A stretch of 64,000 bases of DNA, taken from IMG/VR virus record IMGVR_UViG_3300021255_004321, positions 1-64,000 of that record; one strand, given 5' to 3'. Shown piece after piece: positions 18,656 through 27,255 of the stretch (position 1 is the stretch's first letter; each line of letters starts with the position of its first letter). The DNA comes from a virus (lineage: Duplodnaviria > Caudoviricetes). The notes under the pieces are model-generated. The model had not been told where the DNA came from, did no database searches, and saw only the letters and a program-made list of their open reading frames with translations. The position numbers were made by a program, and so were the translations under genes.

Positions 18656-19024
18656 TTACTTGCCTTTTGTTGCTTCCTTCAGCTTTTCAGCGATCTCATC
18701 AGCAAGCTTGTCTGGGTCAACTTTTGAAGCAAATTTGCTTGTCAATGCTTCTTTCACAGCTTTGAATGTCTTGAAAAGCAAAGTATAACAAGACTGTGTA
18801 AGACCAACAACAGCAGCAACAAACAAAAATTTAGCAGGAAGAGCAAGAGCTCCAAGCATTCCTGTAAATGCAACAAGTGCAGCAGCACCGCCACCAAGAA
18901 TACCTGCAATAATTGCCATTGCGATTTTGTTTTCCTTCAACTTCTCAGGGAAGAAAGTTTTCAACCACTCTGTGACACCTGCCACAACCATTGCTACAAT
19001 AAATGCTGTAACGAAAAAATTCAT
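18656..19024 (-). CDS. Holin-like membrane protein
   Basis: Three hydrophobic segments, basic C-tail; AGGAG SD precedes MNFF. Confidence 0.6.
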   Translation of the reverse strand: MNFFVTAFIVAMVVAGVTEWLKTFFPEKLKENKIAMAIIAGILGGGAAALVAFTGMLGALALPAKFLFVAAVVGLTQSCYTLLFKTFKAVKEALTSKFASKVDPDKLADEIAEKLKEATKGK

Positions 19025-19109
19025 TTGCAATCTCCTATACATATTATATTAACATAATTTTCAAAGTCAACTGTTTAAACAAATTTATATCCTCATCATT
19101 TTTTTTTAT

Positions 19110-19129
19110 TCCCTCCATTATAGTTCAAA
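19110..19129 (-). repeat. Conserved intergenic element, copy 1 (TTTGAACTATAATGGAGGGA)
   Basis: 20-bp identity to 40260 and 50643. Confidence 0.85.
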
Positions 19130-19212
19130 AATTCGTTTAGGTTACTAAATTTGTTGAGTTAACACTTGACTGTGTTTAGTGTTAATATATATTTATTAAC
19201 AAGGAGATTACA

Positions 19213-19353
19213 ATGGCAGAGAAAATAATTCTTGATGGCAAAGAGGTTACTGCAAAGGAACTTCACGAAGCTCAGCAGAATCCTGCAGTTCGTATCATCG
19301 AAGATAAAAAGAACCCAGGGACATTCAAAACTTTGAAGAAGCTTAACGGCTAA
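19213..19353 (+). CDS. 46-aa hypothetical protein (not in ORF track)
   Basis: AAGGAG SD; MAEKIILDGKEVTAKELHEAQQNPAVRIIEDKKNPGTFKTLKKLNG. Confidence 0.7.
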   Translation: MAEKIILDGKEVTAKELHEAQQNPAVRIIEDKKNPGTFKTLKKLNG

Positions 19354-19373
19354 AAATAAAAACAGAGGTTAAA

Positions 19374-20342
19374 ATGCAATATGATATAATTGCAGTGGAT
19401 ATGTTCAATGTTTTTTATAAAGTAGAACATAATTCACTCGACAAAGATCCTATATCAATTGCTAGGAATATGGTTACCTTTATCAACGACAATGTTAGAA
19501 AGCACCTCGCTGATAAGGGTAAGTTGTTTTTATTATATGACCCAATACCTAAAAATGATTTAGGAATAAGTAAAACTTTCAAGTACACAGAGAGACAGGA
19601 CATTCTTTACGCTTATAAACGTAACCGTACTCACAACAGAAAATGTCTTACTGTTGTTGATACTGTCCGCAAATACTTTTCTCATCGTGGTCCAAATATC
19701 ATAACAGTTATCAGTGATAAATATGAAGCTGATGACTTTATGGAAACAATCATCAAAGAATATAAAGGCAAAGATATTGCAATGGTCACAACAGATAACG
19801 ATTGGTGTCGCTATCTTGAAACTCACAAAGTCGTTATGATTAACGATGATTGGAGAAAGCCATTTACAGCAGAATCATTTGAAGACAAGTATCAATTCAG
19901 ACCATCAATTACAGGTGTATGTGTTTGGAAAGCTTGTTTTGGCGATGGGTCTGACAATATCCGCGGTGCTTTACAACTTAAAGGACTTAAGCAGGCTAAT
20001 CAAATTAAAGTCGCTGCTTTCGAGTATATCAATTATCTCGGAAAACATCCTGATGTTAATATTGATTATATCCTTAAGAAGGAAAGAACAAGCAGTCCGC
20101 TTAAAGAATTGAAAACTCCCGAAGATAAGTTTTTCAATGGTCTTTCCTCTTTCGACCCTAAATATGAAGTCGAGTCTACATTCTTTCAGAATATGAAAGT
20201 CATAATGAGTAGATGCGATGATTATAAGAAGTTCGCTGTTGCGAAAGATGTTGACGATAAATTTAACCTTCTTATTGAAAAGACTTTGGGCTTTAAGGTA
20301 AAAGAAAGTAAGCAGTTCAAGTTTGGTCATATTAAAGGCTAA
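19374..20342 (+). CDS. rnh: 5'-3' exonuclease / flap endonuclease (T4 RNase H-like)
   Basis: AVDMFN, YKRNR, YEADD, TTDND, GDGSDNIRG. Confidence 0.88.
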   Translation: MQYDIIAVDMFNVFYKVEHNSLDKDPISIARNMVTFINDNVRKHLADKGKLFLLYDPIPKNDLGISKTFKYTERQDILYAYKRNRTHNRKCLTVVDTVRKYFSHRGPNIITVISDKYEADDFMETIIKEYKGKDIAMVTTDNDWCRYLETHKVVMINDDWRKPFTAESFEDKYQFRPSITGVCVWKACFGDGSDNIRGALQLKGLKQANQIKVAAFEYINYLGKHPDVNIDYILKKERTSSPLKELKTPEDKFFNGLSSFDPKYEVESTFFQNMKVIMSRCDDYKKFAVAKDVDDKFNLLIEKTLGFKVKESKQFKFGHIKG

Positions 20343-20358
20343 ACACTGCGGAGGTTAA

Positions 20359-21348
20359 ATGCTTTACATTATTGGTGACTTGCATCTTTCTGCAATGAAT
20401 CCTTGGAACTACGAAATAAGTGAAAATTTTATAAAGTGGTTTGAGACTTGGGTTGCGAATATCAAAAAAGAAGATTCCAACCCACATCTTCTTTGGCTTG
20501 GTGATATTACTGAAAAGGATGTCAACCCAGGCGATGTTATCGACCAAGAGTTTCGTATCTTCCAAATATGCTCAAATAACTTCATAACAACCCACGTCAT
20601 AATGGGCAACCACGACATTAAGTTGTATCGCCAAAAAGCACAACATTCTTTGAAGTTCTTACGCAACTTCCCTAATGTAAGTGTCGTTGATAAGCCTATT
20701 GATGTTAATATTTCAAACACAAAAGTAAGAATGCTTCCTCACGTCAGAGTTCAAGGCCGCACTCTTTCAGAATACTATTCTACAATGACTTTCAGAACTG
20801 ATGTTGATTTGGTTGTAGGCCATTGGAATAAATATGACCCAAGCTCACCAATTCAAGGCGGAGTTAAAACAGATAATATGAGAACAAAAGCTTTGTGTCT
20901 TGGCCACGTTCATACAAGAACTGACCCAGATTATACAGGCTCAGTTTTCCCAAATAAAGTTGATGAGATAGGTCAGAGAGTTATAAAAGTTTTCAATGAT
21001 GGCGCTTTTGTAAAAGAGATTGAACTTCCTCAGTTTGTATCTTATGACTCAATTGAATATCCTAAAGAGATTGTTGAACCTCAAGACGGCAAAGTTCATA
21101 TTTATACTGTAGAAGGAATTTCAAACATCACAGCAGCAAAGTCATTTTATAAAGATCACTTCATTCGTGGTGTTCTTTCAAAGAAGATTGATAAAGACCA
21201 AACAACAGGATTTATCTCTGATGATGTCTTTATGTATAAAGATAATTATCAGGCTTTTAATGATTGGCTTAAAGAAACAAAATATCCACTTTCAAGAAAA
21301 GCTGCAGCAATCTTATCTCAAATATTGAAGAAAAATGTTTCTGCTTAA
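20359..21348 (+). CDS. Mre11/SbcD-like metallophosphoesterase nuclease (gp47-like)
   Basis: GDLH, LGD, GNHD, GHW, LGHVH. Confidence 0.8.
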   Translation: MLYIIGDLHLSAMNPWNYEISENFIKWFETWVANIKKEDSNPHLLWLGDITEKDVNPGDVIDQEFRIFQICSNNFITTHVIMGNHDIKLYRQKAQHSLKFLRNFPNVSVVDKPIDVNISNTKVRMLPHVRVQGRTLSEYYSTMTFRTDVDLVVGHWNKYDPSSPIQGGVKTDNMRTKALCLGHVHTRTDPDYTGSVFPNKVDEIGQRVIKVFNDGAFVKEIELPQFVSYDSIEYPKEIVEPQDGKVHIYTVEGISNITAAKSFYKDHFIRGVLSKKIDKDQTTGFISDDVFMYKDNYQAFNDWLKETKYPLSRKAAAILSQILKKNVSA

Positions 21349-21662
21349 TTCCTTTTAAGAATATTCAAAGTGCAGTTAAAATCATAAAGAATTATATCAA
21401 CTGGGAGACCTACTTCTTTCAAAAGATTGCGGTTATCCCAGACTTCTCTTTCAAGTGTTTTACCCATTTGATATATAAGTTTAAGATCTTTTGTATTAAG
21501 TCTTTCAAAAAAGAATTTATATTTCAAAAAAGGATTTTCTTTGTCGTCTTCGTGATAAAAGTTCCAATCATTGATTTTCTTATAACACTGTTCAGCAATT
21601 CGTTGAAAAGTGCCTGAACAAGAGATGATTATAACTTCGTTTACTACACTGCCATCTTTCAC
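21345..21662 (-). CDS. Hypothetical protein
   Basis: 105-aa ORF whose GTG start overlaps a class-1 promoter motif. Confidence 0.55.
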   Translation of the reverse strand: MKDGSVVNEVIIISCSGTFQRIAEQCYKKINDWNFYHEDDKENPFLKYKFFFERLNTKDLKLIYQMGKTLEREVWDNRNLLKEVGLPVDIILYDFNCTLNILKRN

Positions 21663-21697
21663 AATTATAATATAAAAGAAACTGCCGTAAAGTTTAA
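21659..21697 (-). promoter_or_regulatory. Class-1 (putative early) promoter
   Basis: 39-bp conserved motif. Confidence 0.65.
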
Positions 21698-21745
21698 TGT
21701 TAATATATTTTCAAGTATAAGGCAGTTCGGCCTTAGGGAGATATA

Positions 21746-22798
21746 ATGTTAACGATTGATAAGTCAACTGAATTGACTGTCCACGACTTTATTAAAAATA
21801 AAGAGTATAAGCCTTTCAAAGATTGGCGAACAGTTGCAAAAACTGAAAACTTCGGGTTACTTTTCGGTTGTTCAGCAGGACGATTTGCTGTTATGTTGGA
21901 ACAGGCAAACTTTACAGAAGCTGAATGTGAAGAGTATATCAAATTAAAAAATCTTACATCTGTTTATAACGCTGCACTTTCGAACGCAGGTGGTAAAAAT
22001 CCAAAAGACGTTAAATTTGTTGTTGTTGCAGACGATATGCGTGAGTCATTCTTTAAGTCGTATGAAGGCTTGATGGGCCGCATTAAACGAGAACAAATGT
22101 TTGCTCTTGCTCACGGTTATGTTCGAGCTTGGCACGGACCTGTTCGTCATCTTGCTGAACTTCGTTTTATGTCTGTAAATGACCAAGGAAACTTGACAGG
22201 CGCTGACCGTTCTTTATATTCAAAAATGTTTGCCCACTTGTTAAACAACGCTTGTAACTCAACTATTCAATCAATGGAAGCTCGTATCGCTTTCTCAACT
22301 TGGTTGAATACTTCAAAGTATCTTGCTCTTTGGGGATTGAAATCATACTGTTGGAACAACATTCACGACTCTCTTGACTTTTATGTTTGGAAGCCAGAGT
22401 TACAACTTGTTATGTCTTTGGCAAACGCTTGTGCTGCTTGGGACCGTGAACCTGTAAAAGGCATTCATATGTCTTTTGATGGAGAAGTATCTGATGTTCA
22501 GGATTACGAACACCGCTGCAACACATATTATAAAGCGGGTGTAGGTTATGACCCACTTCCAATTGAAGAAGCAATTAAAAACTACAATGCAAAGAATGGC
22601 ACCGACCTTAAGTGGTACGGTTGCGATTGGCTTTATGATAAATATATGCCAAACAGAGATGAATTTTATAAATACTACTGCAATCTTAATGGTAAGTTGA
22701 ATGTTGATGAATTCATCAAATCTTGGGGCGGTGTAATTCCTGAAGGTGTTGAAGTTGTTGAAATGCAAAAGCCTGCTAGGAGAATAATCAATGGATAA
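21746..22798 (+). CDS. polA: Family-A DNA polymerase, C-terminal piece (motifs B and C)
   Basis: RTVAKTENFGLLFG (B), HGYVRAWHGPVR, ACNSTIQS, IHDSLDF (C). Confidence 0.88.
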   Translation: MLTIDKSTELTVHDFIKNKEYKPFKDWRTVAKTENFGLLFGCSAGRFAVMLEQANFTEAECEEYIKLKNLTSVYNAALSNAGGKNPKDVKFVVVADDMRESFFKSYEGLMGRIKREQMFALAHGYVRAWHGPVRHLAELRFMSVNDQGNLTGADRSLYSKMFAHLLNNACNSTIQSMEARIAFSTWLNTSKYLALWGLKSYCWNNIHDSLDFYVWKPELQLVMSLANACAAWDREPVKGIHMSFDGEVSDVQDYEHRCNTYYKAGVGYDPLPIEEAIKNYNAKNGTDLKWYGCDWLYDKYMPNRDEFYKYYCNLNGKLNVDEFIKSWGGVIPEGVEVVEMQKPARRIING

Positions 22799-23030
22799 GA
22801 TACCTCACGAATGTAAAAAAGAATACACTGAAAAAGATGCTTATGCAGATTATGGTCGTCTTCTTGCAATGCGGGATTTGAGAATAAATCATTCTGAACT
22901 TGCTGACGACAAATGGTGCAATGATTACTTTATGGCAATTGTTGAGAATATGAGAAAGAACGGGTATGATGTTGATATGATGCTTTACTTATATAAGAAA
23001 CAGGAAGACGGTTCTTGGGAGGCAATATAA
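22791..23030 (+). CDS. Small hypothetical protein
   Basis: Overlap-coupled, AGGAG SD. Confidence 0.6.
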   Translation: MDKIPHECKKEYTEKDAYADYGRLLAMRDLRINHSELADDKWCNDYFMAIVENMRKNGYDVDMMLYLYKKQEDGSWEAI

Positions 23031-23620
23031 TGGCAACAACACGAAGAAGTAAGGCTGAGATTGAAGCAGAGAAGAAAGCAAAGCTTGAGCGTAAACTCGA
23101 AAGGGAAAGAAAGAAGGCTGAAAAGGAAGCTAAAGCAAAAGCTCGTGAAGAAAAGAAAGCTGCAAAAGAAGCAAAGTTGAAGGCAAAAGAAGAAGCTGCA
23201 AAAGCAAAAGAATTGCAAAAACTTGAAGACGAAAAAATGCAAAAGATTATTGATAAGCTTAAAGTTGGAAAAGAATATGCCCAGCCTAAGCCTATGACAA
23301 TAAAAGAAAAGGATTTGTGCAAAAAGATTTTGGAAGGCGCTGTTCTTTCAATTTGCAGTCAAACTTACGGTCAGCATTCTTTTAATATCTTGTCACATAG
23401 AGGGAATGAATTCGTAATAAGCATTGATAGCGTTTATTACTTTTACAACAAAGCAAAGAATACAGGCATAAATTTCGGAAGTGTTTTTGATACTTGGCTT
23501 GAAAGTTGTAAAAGAATTCCTTGGACAGAGTCGGAGCCTTCAATATTGACTAATCAAGTCATTCAGATAACAGAGGGCGTTAATTTAACTACTACAAAGA
23601 AAAAGAGAGGTAAGAAATAA
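23030..23620 (+). CDS. Hypothetical protein with K/E/A-rich helical N-terminus
   Basis: GGAGG SD, TAATG coupling. Confidence 0.7.
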   Translation: MATTRRSKAEIEAEKKAKLERKLERERKKAEKEAKAKAREEKKAAKEAKLKAKEEAAKAKELQKLEDEKMQKIIDKLKVGKEYAQPKPMTIKEKDLCKKILEGAVLSICSQTYGQHSFNILSHRGNEFVISIDSVYYFYNKAKNTGINFGSVFDTWLESCKRIPWTESEPSILTNQVIQITEGVNLTTTKKKRGKK

Positions 23621-25680
23621 TGGCGTTTACATTTGGCGGCATAAAAGAAAATACAAAGGCAAAGGACTTACTTAAGCCGTCTGACATTCTTGATTATGTT
23701 ATTGAAGATCACTTCGATGAAGATGAAAAAGATTATTTTATTTTCTTACTTGACAAGTTTCCTGCTGAAGATAAAAAGCAGCTTATCCTAAAACGTATCC
23801 GTGATGCGGGTTATCGTTCTTATAAAGTTTTAGTTGCTGTTGACTGCAAATATAAAGAAGATGACTTGAAAGGTGGAAGTATTGTTGAGTTTATGATGAC
23901 TCACCGTTCAGGTTGGAGAAAAGATATTGATTGTGCAGGAACACACTGCCGCGCCATTATGACTTTCGGTTGCGCTATGTATTCAATCAACTGTTCTGCT
24001 GATATTTTGACAGGTGACTTTTATGATGATAAGATGTTAAGACCTTATTATTATATGGGTCACGAAATCTTCAAGTATGATACCTACATATTCCCAGTTG
24101 ATGGCATTGAAGAATTGTACCCAACAATTAAGTCATCATCTAATTCAGTGAATTATAAAACAAAGTTTTTCTACTCACAGGTCTCAAGAATGCGTAAGAC
24201 ACCTTATGAGTGGGAGCCAATGTTTTTATCATCTGACCCAAAGTTTATTTCAGTCAATTCAAAAGAAGAAGCAGACAAAGTATTCAAAGACAATATGGAC
24301 AAGTACTTGGTTGCGTTCGATACTGAAACAAACGGTTTGAAGTTTTATGAAAATCATATTCATTGTCTTACAATCTGTTGGGACGGCCTTAAGGGATATT
24401 TCATTCCTTGGAAATATGTTGATGTAAAGTTGTTTGAAGAAAATGTTATGTCTTGTCAGCATCGCACAGGTGCCAACCCTAAGTTCGATATTAAGTTCTT
24501 TTGGAAACACGGTGTATCAAGACGAGTAAATGTTACAGATGCAACTGACCGTTTGGCCCACTGTATTACATCTGAAGTTAGGTCAGGTTTGAAGCCACTT
24601 GCATATCGTTACTCTCCTTTTGGCGGTTATGATATTAAACTTGATAAGTGGAAGAAACAAACAAAGTGTGATGACTACACAAAGATTCCTAATGACATCC
24701 TTGCCCCTTATGCAACAATGGATGCTTTGGTTACTTGGAGAATTCAGTGTGAGTTGTGGACACTTGTTGATGAAATCGACAGAAACTTCCCTAACGAAAA
24801 ATATCCTGAGTGGACAATTCGCCGTTGGTATGAAACACAGATGATGGAAATTTACAAAGAGATTTGTAATGTTGAATATCGCGGTATTTATGTTAACTGG
24901 GATTTGATGGAAAAGTATCGTTGTGAAATGGTTGAAGACTTGCGAAAGAAAGATGAAGAGCTTCGTAAGATATGGGGTGTTGATAACAACTTCAACATTT
25001 CATCAACAACTGAAGTAGGTAAGTTGTTTGAAAAACTTGGATGGACTTGCTGCGGTCGTAATGAAGCAGGTGTTTATCTTACAGGTGATGAAGCTATGGG
25101 TACTTGGTCAAGAGAGAAACGCCCAGGAGTTGATTTACTTGCTGAATATCGAACTGAGAAAACTTCACTTGGTTCTTTCGTAGGGCTCGATCCTGCTATG
25201 TGGGAAACTCACAAAGATTGGCCTGAATGGTTGAAGCCTAAAGAAACTACGGGTTGGCTTCAGTACATATATCACGATGAAAACGATGGTAACCCAGAAG
25301 AAGGTGGTTCATATCGAGTTCAGCAGTCTTATCTTGTAATGGGGACAGAAACTTATCGTTTTATTGGTAAAGATCCAAACTTCCAAAACATTCCTACACG
25401 TAATAAATATGCAGGTTATGTAAAGAAGTGTATTGATACTCCGCCTGCTGATTTGTACACAATCGTAGGCAGTGACGGCAAGGAATATAATCTTGCAGAG
25501 TTTGAGCTTGTTTACACAAACGAAGGCTATAAAACTGCAAAAGAATGTTTCTCAAAAATGAGAAGTTTGCAATTTATTGATAAAGACCCAGAGCATCCTG
25601 CAGTTTTGAGATGTGGATTTGATAAACAAGAGGACGGATCTTTCAAAAAACCAGACCCAAAAATTTGGTTTGAAGCATAA
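23620..25680 (+). CDS. polA: Family-A DNA polymerase, N-terminal piece (3'-5' exonuclease and thumb), ends before motif A
   Basis: AFDTETNGL (ExoI), NPKFDIKF (ExoII), YATMDA (ExoIII), GTETYRFIGKDPNFQNIP. Confidence 0.9.
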   Translation: MAFTFGGIKENTKAKDLLKPSDILDYVIEDHFDEDEKDYFIFLLDKFPAEDKKQLILKRIRDAGYRSYKVLVAVDCKYKEDDLKGGSIVEFMMTHRSGWRKDIDCAGTHCRAIMTFGCAMYSINCSADILTGDFYDDKMLRPYYYMGHEIFKYDTYIFPVDGIEELYPTIKSSSNSVNYKTKFFYSQVSRMRKTPYEWEPMFLSSDPKFISVNSKEEADKVFKDNMDKYLVAFDTETNGLKFYENHIHCLTICWDGLKGYFIPWKYVDVKLFEENVMSCQHRTGANPKFDIKFFWKHGVSRRVNVTDATDRLAHCITSEVRSGLKPLAYRYSPFGGYDIKLDKWKKQTKCDDYTKIPNDILAPYATMDALVTWRIQCELWTLVDEIDRNFPNEKYPEWTIRRWYETQMMEIYKEICNVEYRGIYVNWDLMEKYRCEMVEDLRKKDEELRKIWGVDNNFNISSTTEVGKLFEKLGWTCCGRNEAGVYLTGDEAMGTWSREKRPGVDLLAEYRTEKTSLGSFVGLDPAMWETHKDWPEWLKPKETTGWLQYIYHDENDGNPEEGGSYRVQQSYLVMGTETYRFIGKDPNFQNIPTRNKYAGYVKKCIDTPPADLYTIVGSDGKEYNLAEFELVYTNEGYKTAKECFSKMRSLQFIDKDPEHPAVLRCGFDKQEDGSFKKPDPKIWFEA

Positions 25681-25685
25681 AAAAT

Positions 25686-25781
25686 GGGCAATATCCATCA
25701 GAGAAGATATTAAAATATCTAAGGAGATATTCTGAGGATTACCCCTCCTCAAGGGTTTCTTTCTGACTGGTTTAATTGCCC
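25686..25781 (-). ncRNA. Candidate ~96-nt structured RNA
   Basis: GGGCAAT/ATTGCCC closing stem, internal helices, two hairpins, ACTAAAT motif 4 nt upstream, U run downstream. Confidence 0.45.
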
Positions 25782-25816
25782 GATTATTTAGTAAAGATTA
25801 TTTGATAAAGTTTAAT

Positions 25817-25842
25817 AAAAAAAGGAGCCTTTCGGCTCCTTT
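25817..25842. terminator. Bidirectional intrinsic terminator
   Basis: AAAGGAGCC/GGCTCCTTT stem with A/T tracts between convergent genes. Confidence 0.8.
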
Positions 25843-25863
25843 ACTTTTTTAACTTATTTATTA

Positions 25864-27174
25864 TTAAATTGCTTTGTAAGTTGCAACGATACTCAGAAGA
25901 ACCTGAGGGTCAAGGCTGCTACTGTAAGAACTGAACATTTCAAGGAAAGGCCACTTTTCAGCATCAATCTTGATTGTCTCTTCTGCAGCAGTGCTAATCT
26001 GGAAGCCAGCAACGCGAGCAACACATTCAATCTTGCGAAGATTGTCTCTTGCAGTCCAAGAATTGTTATCTTTTTCTGCATTTTCAACAACTTTCATAAA
26101 CTCTTTGATTCTTTCCATTTCATCAGGTGCTGCTTCAAGGTTGAGACGGCTTGCATTTGCATTCCAATAATTGATAATCTTGTCACGAACAGAGCTTGAA
26201 GAAAGAACTCCGATACGGCCTTCAATGTTTGTAATCTTGTTCTGTGAAGCAAGGTTTTCGTAATACTTCAGACCCTGCTTTTTAGCAAACTCAATGAAAG
26301 TATTCAACTTCTTGTAAGCTTCACCTTTCTGAAGGCGCTTCCAATCGCCGTAGTTGATTTTCAAAGCCTTTCTTTTAGGGAAGACAACTTTAAGGTAGTC
26401 TTCAAAACCGTAAAGATATTTTGAAGGTGTAGTCTTGCAAGTATTCAAATCAGCAGAGTAATAATCACTACGATTGCGGGCGATGAAGATGATTGCATCC
26501 TTAAGGTTTGCATCAGCCAAGATTTGGTTTGCGCTGTAAAGTTTATCAGCATCATATTTTCCAATTCCGCCGAAAAGCTTTTCGTCGTCAACGCGGCCTG
26601 CAAGTCGAGTAACAACCTTCTTTTCTGCTTTACCGTTTACATCAACCTCAACGTAATCGTCGAAGTTGAAAACTCTTGGGCTTGCATACCCAACTTTCTT
26701 TACAAGATCTTCAATATTAGGACCCATAATTGTGATTGGGTAATCACCTGTAAGTTTGTTTTTTGCAAGGATGTCGTCAAGAACCATTGCAGAACCGTTA
26801 GGGAACCAACGGAAGTCAGCAGAGTCCATAAACTTGTCATACTTTTTCTGAGAAATGTTTACAAAGATTATTGACTTTTCTTTGTTTTCAGAGAAGAAGT
26901 ATCCGATCTTCTGTTCAGTTGTGTTGAACTTTGCAATGTAAGAAGGTCCTGCGTACTTGTGAACCTGACGATTGTTGTTGTTTCTGTAAGTTGATACTTC
27001 GATAAAAGGAAGACTGAAAATATCATTGATTTTATTTTCAATCTTTGACTGCTTTTCAGCCTGAACCTTGACGATGTCAGAAATATCGTCTTCAAGCAAG
27101 TCCTGATACTTTTCAACGATTTTTGTAAGCTTTCCGATACGCTTGCAAGTGTTGTAAGACTGTTTGATATTCAT
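25864..27174 (-). CDS. Hypothetical protein, possibly separated C-terminal part of rIIA
   Basis: Follows short rIIA-like ATPase; own class-1 promoter and SD. Confidence 0.6.
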   Translation of the reverse strand: MNIKQSYNTCKRIGKLTKIVEKYQDLLEDDISDIVKVQAEKQSKIENKINDIFSLPFIEVSTYRNNNNRQVHKYAGPSYIAKFNTTEQKIGYFFSENKEKSIIFVNISQKKYDKFMDSADFRWFPNGSAMVLDDILAKNKLTGDYPITIMGPNIEDLVKKVGYASPRVFNFDDYVEVDVNGKAEKKVVTRLAGRVDDEKLFGGIGKYDADKLYSANQILADANLKDAIIFIARNRSDYYSADLNTCKTTPSKYLYGFEDYLKVVFPKRKALKINYGDWKRLQKGEAYKKLNTFIEFAKKQGLKYYENLASQNKITNIEGRIGVLSSSSVRDKIINYWNANASRLNLEAAPDEMERIKEFMKVVENAEKDNNSWTARDNLRKIECVARVAGFQISTAAEETIKIDAEKWPFLEMFSSYSSSLDPQVLLSIVATYKAI

Positions 27175-27198
27175 ATAAGTTACTCCTTTCGATTGATT

Positions 27199-27237
27199 TT
27201 ACAAATATAATATAAAGAAGTTGCCGGAAAAGTTCAG
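27199..27237 (-). promoter_or_regulatory. Class-1 promoter overlapped by GCCGGAAAA/TTTTCCGGC hairpin
   Basis: 39-bp motif; hairpin 27223-27246. Confidence 0.7.
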
Positions 27238-27255
27238 TTTTCCGGCATTTTTTCT

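Noticed and set aside
19046-19118. 24-codon ORF starting inside the three-copy element
   Set aside because: The other copies give only 10 and 3 codons, so the conservation is at DNA level.
22799-23619. Possible intron or intein separating the polymerase pieces
   Set aside because: Pieces are in reversed order and the gap is filled by two coupled ordinary ORFs with no group I/II intron or homing endonuclease signature.
25732-25760. CTGAGGA matches the hammerhead CUGANGA core
   Set aside because: No GAAA follows the candidate stem II and the other core elements are missing.
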